This document shows positions 12,306 to 22,772 of a DNA stretch of 64,000 nt, piece by piece. Every line of letters begins with the position of its first letter. Within the stretch, counting starts at the first letter, position 1. The notes under the pieces were generated by a model. It was not told the DNA's origin and ran no database searches. It saw only the letters and a list, made by a program, of their open reading frames with translations. Source of the stretch: Octopus sinensis (Eukaryota); the NCBI RefSeq assembly GCF_006345805.1, contig NC_043015.1, forward strand, positions 12,772,001 through 12,836,000, in the 5' to 3' direction. A program made the translations under genes and the position numbers.

Positions 12306-14076
12306 AAATTTGTTAATATATATTGCATGTGTACTAAATGATATATTGACTGAATAGACACACTTGGGATACCTATAATAACAAGTTAACAATTTTGCTG
12401 TTTCCATTTTGGTTTTGCATTTTACTTTTCGATCATTTTTAGCACATTTAGTAAAATAGTCAACAAAACTTCAGTGATACACTTATATGGGTACACTTAT
12501 GAAATACAATGGACGTTTAATGTATTATCACTATCATAGTAAAATATATACTATTGTAGAGATTTAAACTCTTCATTTCACATCAGTCAGCTTGGACAAA
12601 ACAGAAAACTAATTTCCAGTTACACCATCCTGATCATGGCCATGCACTGACAAGAAAAATCAGTAACATTTAGTTCTTGCATATCATAAATGCTCAAAGC
12701 CTTTTGGTTTACAACTCTAGAAATAAAATGTATATTACACATGAATATATATGACCTATAAATAAATATAATAAGGATAATAAAGAAAGGCAATGCCTGC
12801 TTCAGAAGGTATATACAATCTGTGAACTATTTCTTTTGAAATGCTATGTCTTTAGACAATATATTCTACTTGTTACATAATTTTATCAATAATATTCCTA
12901 ACATGGTTAAATTTTTTTTTACACAACATCCATTTAGTTTCAATAAAGGACTATAATTGTTCTAATAAAGTAAATATCATAAAGATGCAAACACAGTAAC
13001 ATTCTTAAAATTCTTTCTGTGTATAAAATAGACTTCCATGGAATTGTTTTCTCAAGGAAAACATTTGATTTAATCCTGAGTAAAAAAAAAAGAAACCAAT
13101 GATAACATATAAGGTAGTACAAAAACCTTATGTTCATTTGTAGCCAATAAAGAGATCTTTTGGATTATATTCACAAAAGCTTTCAGACAGCATAGATAAC
13201 AACAAATCAGTCAACTAGAAGTACAATATTTTTTTTTTCTTCAGCAGAAATAAAAGTGCAAGATGCAATTGTAGAGAATTTTCTGAGATGAGAGTGGAAT
13301 TTTATTTTTTACATTTCAAAATAATACTATTAAGTTAGAGACAGGAGTAGAGTTATTTGTGAAGGAATTTAAAATGAATACTGTAATCAATACATTTATA
13401 CCTAAATGAGGTATTTCATGTCAGACATAGAAAATAGATTTGTCCTTTAAATGGTTCAGATTGTTAGAACATCTTTTACTCTGAGTATCTTTTGGTCTAG
13501 GGCTTATTTTTTTACATTTTTGCAAAACCTGTCTCTCTCTCCAGGTAATTGCCTAGACTCTCTTTGTACTTAACAAGATCTCTTAAATGATCAGTCAAAT
13601 GAGTATCAATGATTATTTAGCTGCAATGATCAGATAACAGCTTAATACTGAAACATAGAAAATAGTAACTGATAGAAGTAGTATTTTATACTGAATTTTA
13701 GAAAATTACTTTCACAATGTTTAAGCTAAAGGGGAAAGTAAATTATTGTTAAAAATTGTTCCTACAATGGTACAGTAGAGCAGTTTTTTTGTAGCAGTAA
13801 GCAATATTTAATAGGATATGTTATATTACTTTTTATGCAAGAACGCTACAAAACCTGTAAAGGATCTGAAAGCTGTGAACAATGGAAAACACAATATAAT
13901 TATCAAGAGGAATTCATTTCCTTTGTCCTTTAACATCCAAATTAATAGTAATCATTTGCAACCAGCTTATTTTATAACAAAAAAAAAACATGAATGATAT
14001 AGCTCAGAAGAAATTTTGAACAAAATAAGTATTATATGAGATAATAGGGTAACTGTAACATTGTACATTTCTTATT

Positions 14077-14440
14077 CATCATCATCAGCATCATCACCCG
14101 CTTTCCATGCTGGCATGGGTTGGGCAGTTTGACTGAGGTCCGGAGAGCCAGCAGCTGCACCAGGTTCCATTCTGATCTGGCAATGTTCCTACAGCTGGAT
14201 GCCCTTCCTAACTCCAACCACTCCGAGAGTGTAGTGGGTGCTTTTTACGTACCACTGGCACAGGAGCCAGTTAGGTGGACCTAGTATCAATCATGTTAGG
14301 ATGGTGCTTTTTACATGCCACTGACACAAGAGCCAGTCAGGGGTACTGGCATCGGCCACGATCGGTTGGTGCTTTTTACGTGCCACTGGCACAGGAGCCA
14401 GTCAGGCGGACCTGGTATCAACCACGTTTGGATGGTGCTT
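14077..14440 (-). mobile_element. 5'-truncated RTE 3' end with about 3 diverged ~63-bp UTR units
   Basis: Same terminal sequence as 19509-19680 (catcatc..gtttctacagctggatgcccttcc) plus three related repeat units. Confidence 0.75.
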
Positions 14441-15049
14441 ATTAGATAAAAAGATTTCTTAAATAATTTGTCATCCAGAAAATGGAAGCAAGACAGCTAA
14501 ACTAACATCGATAATCCATGATCAAGAGTATGTTACACAAGAAGGTTACATCATTATAATGTATAATCCCAGTGTTCAGAAATATCAAGTTAGTGAGATT
14601 ATAACAATTAAGAATCTCATTTGAAGGCAGTTCAGATTTACTTCTACAATGAGTTGATGTAAACTTGTCCAAAGTGGAACTTTATAAGAATGTAATTATC
14701 TTGACACTGATCAGCTTACGATAACATGAGCAACATTTATTAAGATCACATTGAGCAAGAAGCTCAAATGAAGCTTTTACAATCTTTGTCTTGCAATTAA
14801 TAATTAGCTAAGTTGTTAAATGTGCACAAATTAGATACTGGCTTCAAATTTTGGCACAAGGGCCAGTCATTTTGAGAGGGAGTATGTTGATAGATAGAAC
14901 TTCAGTGTCTATTCAAGCAGTGGTGCAACAGATTGCCAATGGGCTTATTAAAAAAATAATTAATAGGAACCAAAGGAACTCCTAGCAGGGTGAAATCACA
15001 TGATCTGGCAGTTCTGGCAACTGTAGCAGACAATTTATATATATATAAA

Positions 15050-15303
15050 TAAATAAATGCACCCTTTTAAAGCCTAGCCAGGCTCATGGGCCCAGTTCCC
15101 TGGTTTCTATGGCGTATGTGTTCCCCAGCTGGATGGGACGCCAGTCCATCGCAGCGTTACTCATTTTTGCCAGCTGAGTGAACTGGACAAACGTGAAATA
15201 AAGTGTTTTGCTCAAGAACACAACATGTTGCCCAGTCCAGGAATTGAAACCACAATCTTACGATCATGGTGCTGACACCCTAACTACTAAGCCACATGCC
15301 TCC

Positions 15304-15305
<2 letters not shown>
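15050..15305 (-). mobile_element. tRNA-derived SINE family E
   Basis: Minus strand: gtggcttagtagttagg (A box), ggtttcaattcctgg (B box), ccagttcactcagctggcaaaaatgag..gcgatggactggcgtcccatccag, (attt)n tail. A related copy starts at about 45700 (+). Confidence 0.7.
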
Positions 15306-15341
<36 letters not shown>

Positions 15342-15399
15342 GTAATAAAAAGTGACAACGAAAGAATGAGACCTCAATATTAGATAAATAAAGGATTCA

Positions 15400-16297
15400 T
15401 TTACTCTTTTACTTGTTTCAGTCACTTGACTGTGGCCATGCTGGAGCACAGCCTTTAGTCAAGCATATCGACCCCAGGACTTATTCTTTGTAAGCCTAGT
15501 ACTTATTCTATCAGTATATTTTGCCAAACCGCTAGGTTACGGGGATGTAAACACACTAGCATCAGTTGTCAAGCAATGTTAGGGGACAAACACAGACACA
15601 CGTGTGTGCATGTGTTTGTATATGTATCTCTGTCTCCTTGTGTGTGCATGTATGAGTGAACGTGTGTTTGTGTGTGTGTTTTGCAACTATGTACCGTGTT
15701 TGTATGTATGGATGTGCATCTCCATAAGTGTGGACGTGTGTCTCTATATGTGTCCTTGTGTGAAGTAAAGTGTGTGTGTATATATGGTCATGTGTTTCAG
15801 TCTCCATTTGCGTATGTGTGCTTGTCTGTTCATATAACCTATGTACCTATCCATCTGCATATTTTCATATCTATATGCTTACATACATGTGCACATACAC
15901 ATATATACATACATACACCCACCCACACAAACATACATCTATCTACATAACAGCCTACTAACTATTCTACTCTACCTGAGTAAACTGTGGGTATGGGGCA
16001 TGATATCTACTATGTATATTTCCTATTTAGTATTGGGGAAGTTTTATTTATAAGGACGTACTCCCGTATTTGTCTGAGTGTTGGGTCTTTTGGGTGGTTG
16101 GATAAGATGCAGATGTCAAGGTGATCCAGGTTGCCTCCATGTTGGTCTTTGGCATGTTAGTAGAGTATGGAGGACTGTTTTTTGTTATCATATTGTCTCA
16201 GATGGTCATTTAGTCATTCCGCAATGCTACTAGATGTCTCCCCTATGTATGTCATGTTCACGTCTTTACAAGCATCTTCTATGCATCTTATGCTGTA

Positions 16298-16341
<44 letters not shown>

Positions 16342-16532
16342 CTCTCTCTTTCGGAGAGGCACTGAGCAGCTATACGCACACATACACACACGGCAGTAAC
16401 TTCCACCTACCGAATTCAATCACAAAGCTCCGGTCGGCTCGGGGCTATAGTGGAAGACACCTACCCAAAGTGCTACGCAGTGGGACTGAACCCGAAACCA
16501 TGTAGCTAGGAAGCAAGCTCCCTAACCACACA

Positions 16533-16536
<4 letters not shown>
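15400..16536 (-). mobile_element. SINE A/B split by an expanded (TG/CA)n region and a Penelope fragment
   Basis: Tail B at about 15400-15600 and head A at about 16390-16536, normally about 400 bp together, here 1.1 kb. Confidence 0.6.
16010..16300 (-). pseudogene. Penelope-like element GIY-YIG endonuclease remnant
   Basis: Hand translation: VYSIRCIEDACKDVNMTYIGETSSSIAE*LNDHLRQYDNKKQSSILY*HAKDQHGG..ILSNHPKDPTLRQIREYVLINKTSPILNRKYT*. VY-x-I-x-C..C..YIGET..R/E..H pattern; two internal stops. Confidence 0.85.
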
Positions 16537-16563
<27 letters not shown>

Positions 16564-17646
16564 CATCATCATATATATATATATATATATATATAAACTG
16601 TAAACTATATATATCTATAAGATGAAACCAATGTAATTTTCAAAAATTTGCAAATGAAACAACAGGTCAAATAAAGAGAAGGATGAAAAATATATGAATG
16701 CCATATCAGAAGAGGGAAATGACTTGGGAAAGAAAAACATGATATCTTGAAAATGGTATATTCAACTTAATTGAAGGGAGTGAAGAAACAAGTAGAATTG
16801 AGAGAGCCTGCAACTTTACAGAGATCTGGCTTCGATTTTTGACTCAAGCTATTTCATTTGCATGGATAATATACCTGGGAAAGGCATGGCTATCACACAC
16901 ACTTATTTTCTTGTCTAAGAAATCATTATCGTTTCATTACATGTTTTTCTCTCATGGATTCAATCTTAGCTGAAAGCATTGGCGGGAGATTCTTTACACA
17001 CTTCTCCGACTAGCACTCAACTTCATGGCTGAGCAGTTAGTATTTATTTCATTTGACCATGCATACATACAATTTCTGTAAGAGAGGGATCTTATTGAGT
17101 GGTTTGATTCTAATATAATATTTGGATTTCTTTTATTAACACTAGAGGATTGTAAGATAAGATTAATCCTGTTTGGGACTGAATATGGAAATAAGAGATT
17201 ACAAATTAAATATCAAAATAAAAATGCATTAAATCTGTACTTTGCCACCTATTAAATCCAATGCTCTTGAGTAGGTAATATTAAGATAACCAAAGGAAGT
17301 AAGATGTCAGATATTACAGAATTTTAGATTAAATGCTTTAGTTTTTAACTGTGTACCTTTGAGACCCATATCCTGCCAGTATAGATTTGTCTTTCATTTG
17401 GGATGGAGGTAGTGGTGAGGGAAATAGAAAAATACTTCATATGTTGAAGGTTGATTCCAATTTATGGCTTTGTGCCAGTATCAAAAACCTTGTTCTCAGG
17501 GTCTTCCCCCTGTACAATAACATTCATGCAAGTATGTGGATTTGCAAAGCAAACAGATACCTGGATAATCAAATGCCAAAGAGTTCAAAGACCCAAACAA
17601 ATATATTTCAAATGTTTCTTAGTCCTGTTCCTCCCTTGAGAATCAA

Positions 17647-17688
<42 letters not shown>

Positions 17689-17964
17689 CCTTTGCACTAT
17701 AGGCACAAGGCCTGAAATTTGTGGGGAGGGAACTAGTCAATTACATTGACTCCAGTGTTTCACTGGTACTTAATTTATCAATCCCAAAAGGATGAAAGGC
17801 AAAGTTGACCTCAGCAGAATTTGAACTCAGAATGTAAAGATGGATCAAATACTGCTTAGCATTTTGCCTGGCATGCTAATGATTCTGCCAGCTTGCTACC
17901 TTAATAATGATGATGATGATAATGGTGACGATAATGGTTTCAAATTTTGGGACAAGGCCTCTTC

Positions 17965-18320
17965 TTCATCATCACCATTTAACATCCATATTCCATGCTG
18001 GCATGAGTTGGCTTGTTTGACACAATCTGATGAGCCAGAGGATTGCACTGGACTCCAATGTCTGCTTTGGCATGGTCTTTACAGTTGGATGCCCCTCATA
18101 ACATCAACCATATTACAGAGTGAACTGAGTGCTTCATGACACCAGCACTAGTGAGGTTGCCAAGTAAAGACCTCTTGATAGAGTAAGAGTGCAATATTGA
18201 AGGAGGTGGTTCTGTGCAAATTGAGAGGCTGAAGTATGATAGAAGAGGTGTTTTGCTGTAGAAGAGATACAAGGTTACTCTATCAGGAAAGGGAGAAAAG
18301 ATGGTGGATATGATATAGAT
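17965..18320 (-). mobile_element. RTE-tailed element with pyrimidine-rich body (older subfamily)
   Basis: Shared RTE 3' terminus plus a body matching 27110-27600 and 34330-34930. Confidence 0.6.
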
Positions 18321-18588
18321 ATTTTTTAAAAATCAAAGTATGATGAACTGACGTACTCTCATAAGCTAAATTTACACCAAGTGCTATAGATACATTTATT
18401 TTATGATGAGATTCACCTATATTAAGACTTGTTATCATTTCAAAATATCTCAACAAATTATATATGTTTAAATAGCTTACAGACTGGAGTTACCTACTTG
18501 AAGATTTTACTTTTATACATCTTGTTCTTTGATTTTAATATTAGAGCTACTTCCAACTGATATAAATTTTTTAACAGTCAATTTGCTT

Positions 18589-18595
<7 letters not shown>

Positions 18596-18672
<77 letters not shown>
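18596..18672. repeat. (GA)n microsatellite
   Basis: Near-perfect GA run with a few A interruptions. Confidence 0.95.
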
Positions 18673-19678
18673 TCATTACCAAAGAAATAGTTGATTTTGG
18701 GAAGTGGGGAGAGGGAAGTTGAACAGCAGTTCAGTATTAAGTAACAAATTATACAAAAAAGAAAAAAAAGTTCAAGACTATGAGATTTGGCAAGACTGAA
18801 CTGTGATAAATTATGCAAAAATGATTTTTTCCCCCCCCAATAACACATTGGTTATTGTTTTACCTGAATCTAATCATGCAAAGATTTTTGTTTTACCAAA
18901 TATTCAACCTACTCCATGACTGCTCCAACTATATATTACTGCACAATTTATTAAAATCTAGACCTCTAAATATGATTGTGAAATATCCTATTCTGTATTG
19001 TAAGATTAATCTTTTCCCTGAACAACTGAATTTCTATATGTCTTCTACTAATGTGCTTCTTCTCTTATTTAATAGAAATATCAGCGACAATAGCAACTAT
19101 CACAACCCTGTGCACTGTAAGCCTGTAAAAATACTCTAAACTATTCTTCACTGAACAAAAGTTAACAATCTCTACTAATATTTCTAGGGATGCAATAAAT
19201 AGTTTAAAACATACATAACTAGTTCTCAGGTCACATTGTCACAAGTTACTGTCAGTCTAGCAGAAAGTAGGCATAACAATTATTTTATGGTTCAATGGGT
19301 GGAGTGTGGTAGAACATTTCACCTTAAAATATATGCTCCAGTAATTTATGCAAAATTAAAATTTGTTGTGTATATAATAAGTACTATTCATTGTAGCATA
19401 GAAAATTCACATAAAAATGTTACTAAAATGCTTATGTAGCACTGAATGCAGTGTCATAAATCAGAAAAGATTAAAATGAAACTTGTGTATGTGTGTATAT
19501 ATATATATCATCATCATCGTTTAACGTCCGCTTTCCATGCTAGCATGGGTTGGACGGTTCAACTGGGGTCTGGGGAGCCCGAAGGCTGCACCAGGCCAGT
19601 CAGATCTGGCAGTGTTTCTACAGCTGGATGCCCTTCCTAACGCCAACCACTCCGAGAGTGTAGTGGGTGATTTTATCT

Positions 19679-20130
19679 GCCACCGACACAGGTGCCAGAC
19701 AAGGCTGGCAAACGGCCACGCTCGGATGGTGTTTTTATGTGCCACCGACACAGGTGCCAGACGAGGCTGGCAGACGGCCACGCTCGGATGGTGTTTTTAT
19801 GTGCCACTGACACAGGTGCCAGACGAGGCTGGCAGACGGCCACGCTCGGATGGTGTTTTTATGTGCCACCGACACAGGTGCCAGACGAGGCTGGCAGACG
19901 GCCACACTCGAATGGTGTTTTTATGTGCCACCGACACAGGTGCCAGACGAGGCTGGCAGACGGCCACGCTCGGATGGGTTTTTATGTGCCACCGACACAG
20001 GTGCCAGACGAGGCTGGCAGACGGCCACGCTCGGACGGTGTTTGTTACGTGCCCACAGCACGGAGGCCAGTCGATGCGGTACTGGCTACGGTCCCGTTCG
20101 GATGGTTTTCTATGTGCCACCGGCACTGGT
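19679..20130. repeat. 62-bp tandem array in the RTE 3' UTR
   Basis: Units start at 19679, 19741, 19803, 19865, 19927 and 19988 (one is 61 bp), then a diverged and a partial unit; unit gccaccgacacaggtgccagacgaggctggcagacggccacgctcggatggtgtttttatgt. Confidence 0.95.
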
Positions 20131-20302
20131 ACCACAAGGATACAAATTCCATTGATGTTCATCTATTTTGATTTGGTTTGACTTGATTCAATTTGACTTT
20201 GATTTGATTTGCCTCAACAGGTCTTCTCAAGTGTCACAAGCAGGAAGGTATGCACAGGCGGACTGACTACGTCCCAGGTAGGGGCCACGGGTTATGGCTT
20301 CA

Positions 20303-21442
20303 CTAGTCTTGCCGGGTCTTCTCACGCACAGCATACTTCCATAGGTCTCGGTCTCTGGTCATTTCCATGGTGAGACCTAATGTTCGAAGGTCGTGCTTCA
20401 CCACCTCGTCCCAGGTTTTCCTGGGTCTACCTCTTCCACGGGTTCCCTCAACTGCTAGGGATTGGCACTTTCTCACACACCTATCTTCATCCATTCTCGC
20501 CACATGACCATACCATCGCAATCGTCTCTCTTGCACACAACAACTGATGCTTCTTAGGTACAACATTTCTCTTAGGGAACTAACACTCTGTCGAGTAAGT
20601 ACACTGACATTACACATCCATCGGAGCATACTGGCTTCATTCCTCATGAGCTTACGCATGTCCTCAGCAGTCACGGCCCATGTTTCACTGCCATGTAGCA
20701 TGGCAGTTCGAACACATGCATCATACAGTCTGCCCTTTACTCTGAGCGAGAGGCCTTTAGTCACCAGCAGAGGTAAGAGCTCCCTAAACTTTGCCCAGGC
20801 TATTCTTATTCTAGCAGTTACACTCTCAGCGCACCCACCCCCACTACTGACTTGGTCACCTAGATAACGGAAGCTATCAACTACTTCTAATTTTTCCCCC
20901 TGGAAAGTGACGGAAGTTGTTTTCTGCAGATTTTCGGAGGTCAATGCTCCCGAGCATCTGCCACATATAAAGACTATCTTCCCAGTTAGCCTACCTTTGA
21001 CATTGCTGCACCTCTTATGTGTCCATAGCTTACACTGGGTACATCTTATAGAGTTTCTACCTACACCTTTTCTACAGATCGAGCAGGGCCATCTTCCTGA
21101 GGACATTTGTGGATTGCCTACCTTTCTACTTATTAGTACTTTGGTTTTAGCTAGGTTGACTCTAAGGCCCCTCGATTCTAAACCCTCCTTCCACACCTGG
21201 AACTTCTCCTCCAGTTCTGATAGTGACTCAGCAATTAGAGCGAGGTCGTCAGCATAGAGGAGCTCCCAGAGGCAACCTGTCTTGAATTCCTCTGTTATTG
21301 CCTGGAGGACTATGATAAATAGGAGGGGGCTGAGTACTGAACCCTGGTGGACCCCAACCTCTACTTTGAATTCTTCTGTGTACATGTTGCCAACCCTAAC
21401 CTTGCTTACGGCATCTCTGTACATGGCTTGCACAGCCCTCAC
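20303..21442 (-). CDS. RTE reverse transcriptase, C-terminal 379 aa (5'-truncated), with embedded PHD-type finger
   Basis: GVHQGSVLSPLLF, LLYADD, GLRVNLAKT, FRYLG, HGSETW, RLRWYGHVARM and GRGRPRKTW motifs; no internal stop. Confidence 0.92.
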   Translation of the reverse strand: MRAVQAMYRDAVSKVRVGNMYTEEFKVEVGVHQGSVLSPLLFIIVLQAITEEFKTGCLWELLYADDLALIAESLSELEEKFQVWKEGLESRGLRVNLAKTKVLISRKVGNPQMSSGRWPCSICRKGVGRNSIRCTQCKLWTHKRCSNVKGRLTGKIVFICGRCSGALTSENLQKTTSVTFQGEKLEVVDSFRYLGDQVSSGGGCAESVTARIRIAWAKFRELLPLLVTKGLSLRVKGRLYDACVRTAMLHGSETWAVTAEDMRKLMRNEASMLRWMCNVSVLTRQSVSSLREMLYLRSISCCVQERRLRWYGHVARMDEDRCVRKCQSLAVEGTRGRGRPRKTWDEVVKHDLRTLGLTMEMTRDRDLWKYAVREKTRQD

Positions 21443-21505
21443 CAGCCCTCACTTATATATATATATATAATGAGGAAGTTTTGGTGAAGCATTGTGAAGT
21501 ATAAC

Positions 21506-21855
21506 TTGAAAGAATATGGTTGTGTAAGGCTGGAACAATGTGAGAAGGTACAAAGTAAAGTACAAAAGGAAAAGAAAACAAAGTTGTAGTTTTACCTTGT
21601 ATCTCTATATTTTGAGGTGAAGACCCCTTCTTTGGGATATTAGGAAAAGTGGTAGTTGGAAAAGGTTATTGCACTTACATCAGAATAACAATCTTTTCCA
21701 ACAGCCACTCTTCCAAATGTCATGAAGAAGGGCTCTTCACCCTGAAATATAGAAATACAAGGTAAACCTGCAACTTTGTTCTGTTTCCTTTTCTTTTTGT
21801 AGTTTACTTTGTACCTTCTTGCATTGTTCCGGCCTTACCCAACCACAATCTTCAA
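21506..21855. repeat. About 350-bp fold-back element with degenerate hammerhead-like cores
   Basis: Arms ttgaa..ggttgtgtaaggctggaacaatg..gtacaaagtaaa and tttactttgtac..cattgttccggccttacccaacc..ttcaa; right arm has aTGAAGA AGGG ctcttca CCCT GAAA TATA. Confidence 0.8.
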
Positions 21856-22260
21856 TATATATAAATATAAACCTTCAGTATTTTATGAGAGGCACAAATA
21901 TTAACCCTGATTATGTGTTCAGAATAGGTTTCAATTGCTACTGAATCTAACTAGTGGTAGTTACATATTTTCTGAGTCAAAACCCCTATTTTACTAATCC
22001 AAAATTATGGACTAAATATAAGCAGTAGATTCTTTACAATAGGAAGGAATATTATCTTCATTATATTGTATTCATGTTAACATCTATTCAAACTGAATAT
22101 AAACCATAACTATCTAAACCTTCGTCCCAAGCTGCAAAAAGTACGAAAAATTCCATAAAAAATAAATTTGCCTATTTAACAGTTACCTTTGGTTGTGTAG
22201 CTAGAAACAGTGTAGTTTTGGATAAATGGTGTTTAGCATTACAAAAGTAAAAAAATGTAA

Positions 22261-22772
22261 TCTATATATATAAAACTGTAGTTGTGTGAGTGTCTGTCCC
22301 CTTCGATTTAGATTCCTAACTACTCCCACATTTTGCGGTGCAGTTTAACCAAATTCGGGTATCTTATAGTCGTGATTCATATCGAGCCCGTCTGAGTATT
22401 AGCGCGCGTCTACGATGAGTCTACGATTTTAAAATAATTTAACATAATTTTTTATTCCATTTTAATGCATAATTTTTCGTGTGTCGATGGCGGCAGAGTT
22501 GGCGTCCATGGTCACACCTGCACCTGTTTGCTTCTCCCCCTTCTTCCCTCCCTCGTGAAGCTGTGGGGAAGGGAGTGTAAGGAAATCAACGTCGTAAAGC
22601 GTTGTCAAGGAGACTAGTGTTCTTTCAGAACAACGACTTCATGGCTTGAAGACACCAAAACAGAAATGGCTAAGAAAGCCCGAATTGGCATCTATAAGGG
22701 AAGTAACTCTCTAAAAATGCTTATATAGTTATTTCCCTTACAAACCCAAGCAACGCCGGGCGATACTGCTAG
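22261..22772 (+). mobile_element. Non-autonomous Helitron (512 bp)
   Basis: A|TC start (tctatatatataaaactg), subterminal hairpin cccaagcaacgccggg, CTAG|T end, no TSD; CpG-rich relative to its flanks. Confidence 0.8.

Larger units (their letters stand above)
19507..21452 (-). mobile_element. Young 5'-truncated RTE-clade LINE
   Basis: Open RT ORF, about 800-bp 3' UTR, (GAT)n tail, both ends embedded in (TA)n, CpGs retained. Confidence 0.92.

Noticed and set aside
13535-13555. Polypyrimidine-CAG|GTAAT recursive splice-site look-alike
   Set aside because: It is on the plus strand, opposite to the kinase transcript; no strong minus-strand ratchet point was found by eye.
15562-16053. His/Thr- or Cys/Val-rich ORFs
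   Set aside because: Translations of degenerate (CA/TG)n microsatellite.
19679-20130. CRISPR-like regular repeat array
   Set aside because: Units are contiguous and near-identical with no unique spacers, there are no cas genes, and the array lies in a eukaryotic LINE 3' UTR.
19521-20181. Long overlapping ORFs (214, 159, 121, 101 aa) with repeated Cys/His motifs
   Set aside because: Artefacts of the GC-rich 62-bp array cycling through frames; no splice or domain support.
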